The notes: generated by a model not told the origin, from the sequence alone. A stretch of DNA of 51,576 nucleotides from Candidatus Poribacteria bacterium (GCA_022567695.1 JADFGN010000001.1:1-51576), one strand, 5' to 3'; counted from the first letter of the stretch, positions 1-9,391 are shown. Made by a program: numbers and translations.

Positions 1-3
1 GCA

Positions 4-747
4 TTGGACTATTTCATCGACTTCGCCCGGCCTGTTGGCGACTTGAGTCTGAATCTGTACGACTATCACCTCCGCCCCGCTGGCGCTGGCGGTGCTGGTA
101 TCGGTGACACGGCGACTCTGACGGCTTTTGCTGATGCGGCAAGAACTGTACCTGTTGGAACAGATGTGTTCACGATTATTTCCGACCTTCCTGATGGCAA
201 TGTCGCAACGTTGTCCATTTCTAACCCTTCAGCACTTATCCTTGCAGCATCTCTGGTGTTTAGCACCGGTGATGCGGGAAACGGGATTGACAATATCCGA
301 TTTATAACTGACCTCGTTGACATCGACCTCAAGCCAGGGAACAATGAAAACGTGGTTGACCCCTTCAACCTCACCAGCAACAAGCCCGTAAACGTAGCTG
401 TGTTATCGACCACTTCCTTCGACGCCACAACCCTTGACCTGACCACCGTGAAGTTGGGTGACCCGCTGTTGACTCCGACTGTCGACGCTGTAAGTAGTAC
501 CCAACAGGACGTTAACGGAGATGGTCTCACGGACGTGGTTTTCAACTTCGGGGCCGCACGCGATTTTGGAAATGCGGGTGCCTTGGACGCGAACAGTGTG
601 GCGGTGCTTCTGACCGGCACTACACCGAGTGGAACCGTGGTTGGACATGATGATGTGAAAATTGTAGGAGGTGGAAATGCCCCTCCAGCGTTTCGCCCCC
701 GCTCAAAACTCACGACAACGTGGGGAAGAATTAAGACACAGCGGTAA
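4..747 (+). CDS. Secreted/surface protein, 5'-truncated by the window edge, ending in a KLTTTWGRIKTQR C-terminal tag
   Basis: The frame is open from the window edge to TAA at 745-747. The sequence is T/V/D/N-rich and beta-type, with a DVNGDGLTDVVF loop. The last 13 aa match the C-termini of the LamG proteins at 6116 and 7140. A hairpin+T6 terminator follows. Confidence 0.7.
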   Translation: MDYFIDFARPVGDLSLNLYDYHLRPAGAGGAGIGDTATLTAFADAARTVPVGTDVFTIISDLPDGNVATLSISNPSALILAASLVFSTGDAGNGIDNIRFITDLVDIDLKPGNNENVVDPFNLTSNKPVNVAVLSTTSFDATTLDLTTVKLGDPLLTPTVDAVSSTQQDVNGDGLTDVVFNFGAARDFGNAGALDANSVAVLLTGTTPSGTVVGHDDVKIVGGGNAPPAFRPRSKLTTTWGRIKTQR

Positions 748-790
748 CGAACAGGTAGTGTAAGGATAACCATAACAACCGATGAACTCT

Positions 791-822
791 GCACCGGTAA
801 TGATTTTAGCCGGTGCTTTTTT
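791..822 (+). terminator. Rho-independent terminator
   Basis: GCACCGG (791-797) pairs with CCGGTGC (810-816), followed by TTTTTT (817-822). It lies 44 nt after the stop at 747. Confidence 0.7.
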
Positions 823-1031
823 ATGCCTGATTTCGGAATTAGACCTTTTGGGGAAAACGTAAAATTCAGCGAGTGATACGAACACCTCAAATCGTTACGC
901 TCACTGGGTTTGCTTTAAGTGAGTTTGACATTTGCGGCAATCTGTCAACGTGAAACACTTTCAAACAATACCGTTTCAGATTTCAGAGGATATTCACGAT
1001 TATTACATCAATTTTCACATATCAGGCATAT

Positions 1032-2288
1032 TCAATAAGTTGCCTGAATCGCCAGTGACACAATATTATTCTTGTAATTCAGAAAATCAAAAATCTCAGA
1101 TTCTTCATTGGTATCGTTTTTGATAAATTGATAATCCGCGAAGAGTGTGAGATTATCACGGAATTGCCAGTTAAGCTGGAGATTCAGACCGATTTGATCG
1201 TCCCTTCGGTCGTCAGCGTTCTCAGCGACGAAACCGCTCTCGTCACGGACTTGGCGTCCATCAAACTTAATTCCCAAACGGGATAAGCGCACGCGCGCCC
1301 AACTCCTTGAGTTAATTTTATAAAACGCACCGATGGCGGCTTCAATGCTAGAGAAATCGTAAAACTCAACGTTAGATCTGTTCAGAAAGATATTCAATTC
1401 TTCTTGCAGTACCAACCGCCCCGTGGCGATTTCAAGTAACTTCACAGAGCCAAAGTGTCGAACATCCGTCCGGGATTCTCCGGGCTTAATCCCTGCGGCA
1501 CCAAGTACAAGACTGTTGAGATTATCTTTATACGCCTCTCGTTCAATTGAATATTCTAGCTTTCCCAAAAGCTGCTTGAAAAAACCGAGTTGAAGCCGTC
1601 CTACCCCTTGATGACTCGTAGCTCCAACAAGGAGGAAATCCTCACGTCGGGTTTGATCGTCATCAAACCGTTGCGCACGCAGATTATACTCCAACACCTT
1701 GCCAAACCGAAAACCGATCTGATGTTGTAGGCTGTCGAAAGCGGAGTCCTTTCGACTCAATCGTTGGAGCTGATAAGATGTGGTTAGGGGAGGTAGTTTC
1801 GACGTCGGTTGGAAGTTCAATTCGGTCAAAAAGGGAACGGCAAACCCATCAAATTCATTGAGCTTTCCGTCTTCACCAATATAGTTCTCAAACTGCGGAC
1901 TGGATTGCAGTTTGAGCCAGAAACGTCTGCCAAGCGGCAATGTGCCTTGAAAATTGATGCTCCCCCGATTGATGATTCCGAGAAGCTGAGGATCGTCCCG
2001 ACCCGCGAGGCTACTGGTGTTCGGGTCAATACTCAACCCAAATTCGACATGGTCATTAAAGATATTACTCACCTGATAGTCGATTGTAAAGTCTCGTTCA
2101 ACAGCTTTGGATTCTTCTAATCTCTTTTGAAGTAACTCCCGACCGAATTCGCTTCGAATCTGTGCCGAAGCGATTGATACGCTCATTAGTAAGAAAATCG
2201 TAGAATAGAACCGTAAGAAAGACTTGAAGTTTGGTCGGTAGGCTGGCGTGTACAATGCGTCACTCCTTGTTTGTGGCAACAGGCTCAA
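1032..2288 (-). CDS. Outer-membrane beta-barrel protein (family not recognised)
   Basis: 418-aa ORF with a signal-like segment ...FLLMSVSIASAQ and an alternating amphipathic strand pattern throughout. The C-terminus ...SLAIQATY ends in an aromatic residue, as in OM beta-barrels. The listed start is TTG, so the true start is uncertain. Confidence 0.6.
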   Translation of the reverse strand: MSLLPQTRSDALYTPAYRPNFKSFLRFYSTIFLLMSVSIASAQIRSEFGRELLQKRLEESKAVERDFTIDYQVSNIFNDHVEFGLSIDPNTSSLAGRDDPQLLGIINRGSINFQGTLPLGRRFWLKLQSSPQFENYIGEDGKLNEFDGFAVPFLTELNFQPTSKLPPLTTSYQLQRLSRKDSAFDSLQHQIGFRFGKVLEYNLRAQRFDDDQTRREDFLLVGATSHQGVGRLQLGFFKQLLGKLEYSIEREAYKDNLNSLVLGAAGIKPGESRTDVRHFGSVKLLEIATGRLVLQEELNIFLNRSNVEFYDFSSIEAAIGAFYKINSRSWARVRLSRLGIKFDGRQVRDESGFVAENADDRRDDQIGLNLQLNWQFRDNLTLFADYQFIKNDTNEESEIFDFLNYKNNIVSLAIQATY

Positions 2289-2517
2289 TAAATCACAATT
2301 GCTATATTTGTTGAAAAGATGATTCCCATTCTTTGATTATAAATCATAAGAATAGCCTATTTGCCTATCCGACGTTGTGAGGCACACCACAATTCGTCCA
2401 AACTGTTGGCAGGAATCTCTATCGCATAAGTAAAGATTCTTCGTTTCACTCAGAATGACAACATCCGGGGTATTTTATTTTTTCACACTCCCTTATCCTT
2501 CCGTGTTTCTCGGAGCC

Positions 2518-3687
2518 CTACCTGATTTTGTAAATGTGTACGTCGTATGCCCTAAAGTCGTCCTCAAACTGACCTTCTCTGACATCAAGGTCTCGGTTCT
2601 CCCCGACGACTTCCGCCACGGCAGAAGTGGGGAGATCTCGGATTTTGAAAGTTGCCCGTGTCGGTGCATTACGCATCCCCACGGCAAAGAGATAGGTTTG
2701 CCCTTCATACCGCTTCAGCATGGTAGCTACCGGAACATCTTCACGACTTGATTTCACCAATGCTCCATCCTTGACTGTTGGACTGTTCAACACGGGGGCA
2801 AGTGAGTGAATCTGCTTGTTGATGGCGGTCACGGCGGCGAGCATCTCTGCATCCTCAAGGAGCGCAGCTTCTTTGAATTTCGGCTTGAATTCATGGACGA
2901 ACCAGATGATGCCTTTCGATCCGTGAATCAGCGACATCCACACTTCAGCACGAACCTGGTGTGGGGTTGCTTTCGCTTGTTCATTGGAAATGTGAGTGCA
3001 TTCGAGGACATTCCAGACGATCTGATTTCCTTTTGTCCACTCGACAAGACGGGAAACCCCCTTGGCAACGTACCAGAGATAATTCTCGCCGTCCGGTTTT
3101 CTAATCCCCACAACAGGGTAAACATCGAATGAAACCACGTCGCAGCCTTTCACATAGGTGAGGTAATCATCCAGATGCGCGCCTTTCCCACGCCCCTTCC
3201 ATTCATCGTTGGCCACACCTTGCCCCAAATTCAGAAGGATCGGACGTGTTGAATCGGCGGCCTGAAGGCGTTTATAATCCGCAACAATCTGCTGTGGCGG
3301 GATAGGACCGCCATAGGTCTTCTGCCCTGTCTTGGGATGAATAATTGGTTGCGCGTTGTCCGGTTCGTCACCGTGCATCCAACCGACGATGATTGGCTCA
3401 TTGCTGTGAGCCAGCCCGACCTTGTTCTGAGAACAGATAACCGGCATTCCCGCTTCCTTCAGCGCAGCAAGTTGTGCCGTTGTGGGTCCCTTCCAAAGCC
3501 CGATGTAAAGGTTGATACCAGCCGCCTTGTATTTGCTCGCGTTTTTCGGATGCTGTAGCCACACCCCAATCGGGAAATAGTTCGGATGGGATGGCAGCCC
3601 GTTCTTCCATCGTTCATAGGCTGCCAGCGCGACACTTGTATTTAGCGCAAAAACCACAGTGATAATGAGAAAAATAACGAGCTTCAA
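2518..3687 (-). CDS. Secreted hypothetical protein, possible TIM-barrel glycosidase
   Basis: 389-aa ORF with signal peptide MKLVIFLIITVVFALNTSVALAA, 10 nt downstream of the DegT gene on the same strand. Acidic motifs (HGDEPDN, NVLECTH) fit a glycosidase, but I could not recognise the family. Confidence 0.5.
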   Translation of the reverse strand: MKLVIFLIITVVFALNTSVALAAYERWKNGLPSHPNYFPIGVWLQHPKNASKYKAAGINLYIGLWKGPTTAQLAALKEAGMPVICSQNKVGLAHSNEPIIVGWMHGDEPDNAQPIIHPKTGQKTYGGPIPPQQIVADYKRLQAADSTRPILLNLGQGVANDEWKGRGKGAHLDDYLTYVKGCDVVSFDVYPVVGIRKPDGENYLWYVAKGVSRLVEWTKGNQIVWNVLECTHISNEQAKATPHQVRAEVWMSLIHGSKGIIWFVHEFKPKFKEAALLEDAEMLAAVTAINKQIHSLAPVLNSPTVKDGALVKSSREDVPVATMLKRYEGQTYLFAVGMRNAPTRATFKIRDLPTSAVAEVVGENRDLDVREGQFEDDFRAYDVHIYKIR

Positions 3688-3697
3688 GATTTTCCTC

Positions 3698-4906
3698 CTA
3701 ACTGCTCGATTTCAACTCGCCTACATTCCGACGAACCTTCATCGCGGCGTTAATGATATCTTCCATATCCTCTCTGCTTCCCATCAAAACGCTCTGCCCA
3801 AGTGACAAGCCGGTTTGACATATCTTTTCGACTTCGGTACAGTGGATACCTGAATAATCAAGCGGGGTGCTGAAGAAATCTGATTGCGTCAGTGGATTTT
3901 GATACATCGGCGTTGTGTACCAATGCCCCATGGGGATGCCTTCCGCTCGCATCGCTTTGAGAAAGTCTGCGCGGGAAATACCGTCAAATTCCTCCGAATC
4001 AAAAATCGCTTTATAGCCGTGGCACCCGCAACGAGTCGCCCGCGGATCGAGGACAACCACTTTAATACCCGGAATTTCCCCCAACCCTTGATCTAAAAAT
4101 CGCATGTTCATATTACGATGATTTGTTTCCGCTTCGAGCCGTCCAAAGCGTGAGAGCAAAAGCCCGCCTTGCCATTCCGTCATCCGGAAATTGCCTCCGA
4201 GTGGTTCTATCTCCCCAAATTCGGCATCGGCCGGTGGACGGCCACAGTTATGAATTGCCCATGCACGCTCATACAACTTTCGATCGTTGGTGAGGACGAT
4301 ACCCCCTTCGCCGGCGCAGAGGTTCTTCGACGCCTGAAAACTGAAGCAACCGAAATGCCCCCAACTACCAACGCCCACGCCACGCCACTCGGCACCATGC
4401 GCTTGTGCGCAGTCTTCAACCACGAGTAGGTTATGCTTATTGGCAATCTCCATAATGGCGTCCATATCCGCCGGATAGCCCGCGATATGCACAGGCAGAA
4501 TGGCCTTTGTCTTTGTGGTGATTACCTCCTCAATCTTTGACGAATCGATGTTAAAACCGTCGGGCAGTGTGTCGACAAAAACTGGTGTCCCGTTTGCCAT
4601 CAGGATTGCTACGGTCGTCGCTTGAAACGTGTAAGGTGTTGTGATGACCTCATCTCCAAGTCCGATTCCTGCCGCCTTGAGCCCGATATACAAAGCTGCA
4701 GTTCCGCTGTTAACACAGATACCGTATTTTGCCCCTTGAAATTCAGCGAAACGTCTTGCAAACTCCGGCACTTTTGGACCATGCCCCCATCGGCCGCTAC
4801 GGTAGATCTCTTCAAAAACTTTGAGATCGCTATCATCAAATGTGGGCCACGAAGGGAAGGATTCAGTCCGGACAGGTGTTCCGCCGCTAACTGCTAAATT
4901 CGCCAT
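3698..4906 (-). CDS. DegT/DnrJ/EryC1/StrS-family PLP-dependent sugar aminotransferase
   Basis: 402 aa. It carries the family motif FSFQASKNLCAGEGG (PLP lysine) and the N-terminal pattern WP..D......E....SGRW. Confidence 0.85.
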   Translation of the reverse strand: MANLAVSGGTPVRTESFPSWPTFDDSDLKVFEEIYRSGRWGHGPKVPEFARRFAEFQGAKYGICVNSGTAALYIGLKAAGIGLGDEVITTPYTFQATTVAILMANGTPVFVDTLPDGFNIDSSKIEEVITTKTKAILPVHIAGYPADMDAIMEIANKHNLLVVEDCAQAHGAEWRGVGVGSWGHFGCFSFQASKNLCAGEGGIVLTNDRKLYERAWAIHNCGRPPADAEFGEIEPLGGNFRMTEWQGGLLLSRFGRLEAETNHRNMNMRFLDQGLGEIPGIKVVVLDPRATRCGCHGYKAIFDSEEFDGISRADFLKAMRAEGIPMGHWYTTPMYQNPLTQSDFFSTPLDYSGIHCTEVEKICQTGLSLGQSVLMGSREDMEDIINAAMKVRRNVGELKSSS

Positions 4907-5018
4907 TTTAAGTTCTCCTTTTTGAGTCTTTCAGCAAGAATGAAAGCTGTTATTACGGACATGCACAATTTATCGCAATTTTGTGAAATTGTCAAGGATA
5001 ATAAAGTGGGTTTTGTCA

Positions 5019-5047
5019 TGGACAGCATATCCATACGGTGATATAAT
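5019..5047 (+). promoter_or_regulatory. Sigma70-type promoter with extended -10 (TGGACA-17-TGaTATAAT)
   Basis: TGGACA at 5019-5024, a 17-nt spacer, and TATAAT at 5042-5047 preceded by TGa. It lies upstream of the PhyH gene. Confidence 0.5.
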
Positions 5048-5164
5048 TTCGTGAAATCTCATGGAGGTTTGAAAATGCCAAACACAACAGAAAAGGTCGA
5101 TCGGCTTGAAGCTGAATAAATGGTATGCAAGGAAACCAATTCCAATAATGGAGGAGCTTTCGAC

Positions 5165-6025
5165 ATGGAACAGCAAGGTCAGAAAAAAATCAATGCGGTT
5201 CAAACAGTTCAATACGATCCCAATCTCTATCACTACGATAAAGTTGCAGAAGGTATTTCGGGCGGCTTTGAAGCCGTGACGGATGAGCATGTGCAGCAGT
5301 TTCATGAACAAGGATATTTGGTCATAAACGATGGATTCAGTCAAGAGGAAATTCAACAGGCGTTGGCAGGTATGGCGTACCTCATGGACGGAAAACACCC
5401 GGATTTTCGTGGCGTTCAGTTCGAGCCGGGATTGGGTGTAAGGAAGTCAGAGCTTGTCGGTGAAGAAAGGCGTGGTGCCATTCGCAAGCTGATGAGTTAT
5501 GTAAAGTATGAATCACGTTTGAACGCGATGGCATCGCATCCGGGATTGATAGCTGTCCTGACCCGTCTCATTGGAGAAACTCCCGTTTTGTTCCAGGATA
5601 TGGCGTTGTGCAAACCGCCGCGCGTCGGCTCAGAAAAGCCGTGGCATCAGGACTGTGCCTACTTCAATATCCCGCTGGGGACGACGGTTGCGGCCGTTTG
5701 GATCGCATTGGATGAAGCAACGGCGGAAAATGGTTGCATGCACGTAATTCCCGGTTCTCACAAAACGCCTACGGTTCATTTCAAACGGCGTGATTGGCAG
5801 ATCTGTGACACCGATGTGGCTGCTGATAGAGATGTAATGGTTCCTCTTAAACCGGGTGGGTGTCTGTTCTGGCATGGTCTAACACATCATGGAACCCCGG
5901 CAAACCTATCGGATAAAGGCCGGCGTGCGCTACAGCTTCATTACAAACCCGAACATCATGAAGATATTACGACTCAAGAGCGGATGGAGATTTATGGAAG
6001 TGAGGGGAAAGATGTAGAATGTTGA
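5165..6025 (+). CDS. Phytanoyl-CoA dioxygenase (PhyH) family Fe(II)/2-oxoglutarate oxygenase
   Basis: Motif PWHQDCAYF plus a downstream His (WHGLTHHGT). I prefer the ATG at 5165 because a GGAGGAG SD lies 8 nt upstream. The ORF track's start at 5120 lacks an SD. Confidence 0.8.
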   Translation: MEQQGQKKINAVQTVQYDPNLYHYDKVAEGISGGFEAVTDEHVQQFHEQGYLVINDGFSQEEIQQALAGMAYLMDGKHPDFRGVQFEPGLGVRKSELVGEERRGAIRKLMSYVKYESRLNAMASHPGLIAVLTRLIGETPVLFQDMALCKPPRVGSEKPWHQDCAYFNIPLGTTVAAVWIALDEATAENGCMHVIPGSHKTPTVHFKRRDWQICDTDVAADRDVMVPLKPGGCLFWHGLTHHGTPANLSDKGRRALQLHYKPEHHEDITTQERMEIYGSEGKDVEC

Positions 6026-6063
6026 GTCAACAAATGTTACTGAAGGAGTTAGGCGTGAGAGTA

Positions 6064-6103
6064 GGAAAAGCGCACCCCGCCGCTAATATGCAGTAAGGTG
6101 CGC
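6064..6103 (-). terminator. Rho-independent terminator for the LamG gene at 6116
   Basis: On the minus strand, GCGCACC/GGTGCGC forms a 7-bp stem (6070-6076 with 6097-6103) followed by TTTT. Confidence 0.45.
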
Positions 6104-6115
6104 CCAAAAGAATTG

Positions 6116-6916
6116 TTATTGAGTTTTTTTGATGTTGCCCCATGTGGTTGTTAGTTTGTCAGCAGGTTCTACAGGAAGTGCCGATTCAAAACCTAGGAAA
6201 ATCGCCTGAACCTCCTCTTCAGTCAGCGCCACATTGAAAATCGCAACTTCGTCAATAAGGGCGTTTCCAAATCTCGGTGCGCAACATTGATCCTGTCCAA
6301 TCCAGAGGACATCAAGATCCTCCGCAATCGGTGTTTTAGTAAGATCAAGCTCGCTCTCTACTACCGCATCGATATAAATTTTCCACTCACCGGTTTTGCT
6401 ATCGAAAGTGCCGGTGTACATATGCCATTCGGTAATATCTTTGGGACCTACTGCTCCGTCGTTCCATCCTCCTGGCTGATTCCAACAGCCGCCATTGCAA
6501 AGAGGGAAAGCTACAACAGTAGTCCCCTGATCGGGATGAATAATATACGCGTCCCGTTTTGAAACAGCAAATCCGTGCGTACCCCATGCAGGAGTGGGGC
6601 TTTTCATCCATAATGAGACGGTTATCGCTTTTGTTGGATTTTTATGCGCTGGCACCTCAACAAAAGCCGCTTTGCCGTCGAACTCTAGTGCTTTACCAAA
6701 CACACCATCGACCCATTTCGGATTACCTTTAAGAGCTCCGTCAAGTTTATTGCCAGAAGAATCTTTGGCAACTTTTCCTGTCCCTTCATCAAACAGCCAT
6801 AACCCCGTAATCGTAGCGGGGTCAATTTCGGCGGCAATACTTTGGCCTGCGGGTATGAGCCCAATAACCATTAGACTGATACACACGAGGGTGATTCTTG
6901 ATACCATGACTTTCAT
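6116..6916 (-). CDS. Secreted LamG/concanavalin-A-like lectin domain protein with C-terminal KLTTTWGNIKKTQ tag
   Basis: 266 aa with a signal peptide. The LamG-type pattern is GLWLFDEG.G....D.SGN...G.L.G.P.WV.G.FG.ALEFDG....V.V. It is a paralog of 7140-7946. Confidence 0.8.
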   Translation of the reverse strand: MKVMVSRITLVCISLMVIGLIPAGQSIAAEIDPATITGLWLFDEGTGKVAKDSSGNKLDGALKGNPKWVDGVFGKALEFDGKAAFVEVPAHKNPTKAITVSLWMKSPTPAWGTHGFAVSKRDAYIIHPDQGTTVVAFPLCNGGCWNQPGGWNDGAVGPKDITEWHMYTGTFDSKTGEWKIYIDAVVESELDLTKTPIAEDLDVLWIGQDQCCAPRFGNALIDEVAIFNVALTEEEVQAIFLGFESALPVEPADKLTTTWGNIKKTQ

Positions 6917-6975
6917 CTTTTACTACCTCCTATTTTTCATTGTTCTAACTTCACTTTAAATTGCGAAGTGCCAGC

Positions 6976-7004
6976 ATTATAGCACAGTCGCAAAGAAAAT
7001 TCAA
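6976..7004 (-). promoter_or_regulatory. Sigma70-type promoter TTGAAT-17-TATAAT
   Basis: The minus strand reads TTGAATtttctttgcgactgtgcTATAAT. The -10 element is about 60 nt upstream of the ATG at 6916. Confidence 0.6.
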
Positions 7005-7056
7005 CGACGAAGAAAATTGACCATTTTTCCACAAACCGTGGGGCATCATTCATTCA

Positions 7057-7097
7057 CCCCAAAACCGCTCTTAGAAAAACTGAGAACGGTTTTGGGG
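7057..7097 (-). terminator. 11-bp hairpin downstream of the LamG gene at 7140 (no clear T-tract)
   Basis: CCCCAAAACCG (7057-7067) pairs with CGGTTTTGGGG (7087-7097). Confidence 0.3.
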
Positions 7098-7139
7098 TGT
7101 TCTGATTAATCATTTTAGTCTGGAAACTCACATTACTCG

Positions 7140-7946
7140 TTAATATTGGGTTTTAACATTAGCCCATGTGGTTGTTAGTTTGTCAGCGGGTTCTACAGCC
7201 GCAAGTACCGACACAGAAAGTCCATTGTTCATGAGGTCTTGAATGTCGGCTTCACTCAGTGCCACATTGAAAATCGCAACTTCGTCGATGGTGGCACTTC
7301 CATATCTCGGGTCGCAACATTGATCGCGTCCAATCCAGAGGACATCAGTATCCTCATCGACCGGAGTTTGATCAAGGTCAAGAGTGCTCACGACTTCCGC
7401 ATCGACATAAAGCTTCCACTCACCCGTTGAACTATCAAAAGTGCCCGTGTACATATGCCACTGCGTGATATCTTCGGGCCCCGTTGCCCCGTCGCTCCAT
7501 GCGCCAGGCAAGTTCCAACAGCCGCCGTTGCAAAGAGGGAAAGCAACATCGGTAGTACCCGAATTTGGATGAATAATATACGCGTTCCTTTTTGACACCA
7601 GAAATCCGTTCTGACTCCATGTATCAGTCGGGCTTTTTACCCATAGTGAGATTGTTATGGCTTCAGTCGGATTTGAATGCGCCGGGACCTCAACATAAGC
7701 CGCCACACCATCAAACTCCAGCGCTCCACCAAATCTACCAGCGACCCATGCCGGGCCATCTATGAGCGTTGCGTCAAGACCGGCGCCAGAAGAATCACTA
7801 GCAACACTTCCGCTACCGTCATCAAACAGCCATAATCCCGTAACCGTGTTGCGGTCAATTTCGGCAATACTTTGACCTGTGAATATTAGCCCAGTAAGAA
7901 TTACACTGATACATACCACCGCTATTCTCGCGACTCTAACTTGCAT
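7140..7946 (-). CDS. Secreted LamG/concanavalin-A-like lectin domain protein with C-terminal KLTTTWANVKTQY tag
   Basis: 268 aa with a signal peptide. It aligns along its full length with the 6116-6916 product and shares the CNGGCW and DQCC cysteine motifs. Confidence 0.8.
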   Translation of the reverse strand: MQVRVARIAVVCISVILTGLIFTGQSIAEIDRNTVTGLWLFDDGSGSVASDSSGAGLDATLIDGPAWVAGRFGGALEFDGVAAYVEVPAHSNPTEAITISLWVKSPTDTWSQNGFLVSKRNAYIIHPNSGTTDVAFPLCNGGCWNLPGAWSDGATGPEDITQWHMYTGTFDSSTGEWKLYVDAEVVSTLDLDQTPVDEDTDVLWIGRDQCCDPRYGSATIDEVAIFNVALSEADIQDLMNNGLSVSVLAAVEPADKLTTTWANVKTQY

Positions 7947-8116
7947 CTCTCATTACCTCCTTTTTCATTGCGTTAGTATTCTGCCGTTTACCCAAGGCAA
8001 AAAGAACGAGTTTTCGCATGTTGCGAAATTCATGGCGTCGGAAAACGCCGACATTTCCAAGCTATTTCAGAGTTGAATTTCAACCATAATCCCTAATTCT
8101 ACTTGGAGATAAAAAC

Positions 8117-8145
8117 ATCATAGCACATATCACAAATCGTGTCAA
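8117..8145 (-). promoter_or_regulatory. Sigma70-type promoter TTGACA-17-TATGAT
   Basis: The minus strand reads TTGACAcgatttgtgatatgtgcTATGAT. It lies about 170 nt upstream of the ATG at 7946. Confidence 0.6.
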
Positions 8146-8386
8146 CTATTATAATTCATTCAAGGCAAGTTAAATGCCATATAGATTCGGCTGTTTTTTA
8201 TCGTTAAAAGATGTTAAAATTCGTGTCATATCGGATGGCTGATAACGTAACCGAACATAAATAAATTTCAGCATTTGCTGATGTGAGCGATAAAGCGGTG
8301 AATAATGAGCATGTACCAATCGTTGCTCAGACGGTTCTCTTTTCTCTGGATACCTCTCGTAATTTGAGTTTGATGAATTTTGCCCA

Positions 8387-9391
8387 ATGCCTTCTTATTT
8401 TTCCACGTCTCTTCAAAAATCTCTCCGCCAAGATTATAGCCTGAATATCAGTGTCGCAACCCCGATTGGGACTGGGGCAATGAGTCACACGATGGAGCTT
8501 ATAACCAATCAAGGGCGGCTATTTCTGAAATGTTATAAGCCTGCCCCTCATCAAGATTCTGATTTGCAGCGTATTGCGTTCACACACGCGGTGCAGTGCT
8601 TCCTGCGCCGCGGCGATTTTCCAGTTCCTCGCTTGATTCCGAATAAAGCGGGGAAAACATACACAATCTCCGGCCATCAGATCTACGCCGTATCTGAGTT
8701 TGTCGAAGGTTATGACTATGGAGAGGTTAACGCAATGGAGGGGCTGCGGTATGCGGGCAGAACGCTAGGCATTTTTCATCAACAATTGTATCGTTTTCAA
8801 GAGTGCTACGGGTTGGATGCCCCAAAACCCACTCAACCCCAATGGGAGCCAATGGCAAGGGAAATCTTTGGAGAGCTGAGAGATCGATTCACCAGAGTTA
8901 AGTGCCTTGTCCGAGACGACGAAAACTCGCCGATTTCACAGTACCAGATCGATCAGTGGTTGCAAGAGTTGGAGGGGTTGGAGGAGCAGCTTTCGGTGGA
9001 TGTAACGCCACAATGGATTATACACGGTGATTACCGTGCGCAGAATCTCAGATTCGGTAGCAACAATTGCATCCGTGCCGTCCTAGATCTTGACACGGCA
9101 CGCCCCGCCGATCGCGCCTTTGATTTGGGATATGCCTTGATTTTTTTTCCCGCTGTCTATCAAGATACGCCCTTAACTCCCCGAGAGAAGTCCATCTTTC
9201 TGCGGGCATACGAAACAATCTGTCCCCTATCAGAAGCGGAACGACAGGGTCTCGTGCCCCACCTACGGCTTGCATTCTTGCGTGGAATGACCCTTTGGCT
9301 GCATCTATACCATTTCGGAGGGATGAGCAAACGGATACGTCCTTGGCTGCGAGGCTACTTAAAACATGCGAAAACAATTTCAGCCTTTTGA
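8387..9391 (+). CDS. Aminoglycoside-phosphotransferase (APH)/homoserine-kinase-II-like kinase-fold protein
   Basis: 334 aa with a Brenner-type motif IHGDYRAQNLRF and a downstream DLD. Confidence 0.7.
   Translation: MPSYFSTSLQKSLRQDYSLNISVATPIGTGAMSHTMELITNQGRLFLKCYKPAPHQDSDLQRIAFTHAVQCFLRRGDFPVPRLIPNKAGKTYTISGHQIYAVSEFVEGYDYGEVNAMEGLRYAGRTLGIFHQQLYRFQECYGLDAPKPTQPQWEPMAREIFGELRDRFTRVKCLVRDDENSPISQYQIDQWLQELEGLEEQLSVDVTPQWIIHGDYRAQNLRFGSNNCIRAVLDLDTARPADRAFDLGYALIFFPAVYQDTPLTPREKSIFLRAYETICPLSEAERQGLVPHLRLAFLRGMTLWLHLYHFGGMSKRIRPWLRGYLKHAKTISAF

Noticed and set aside
66-890. 274-aa ORF antisense to the first CDS
   Set aside because: It lies fully inside and opposite to a better-supported frame. 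Its sequence is Arg/Ser/Pro-rich junk with no SD and no motif. It is a typical shadow ORF.
5120-5164. ATG at 5120 as the PhyH start
   Set aside because: It has no SD and directly abuts the stop of the uORF. The ATG at 5165 has a GGAGGAG SD at optimal spacing.
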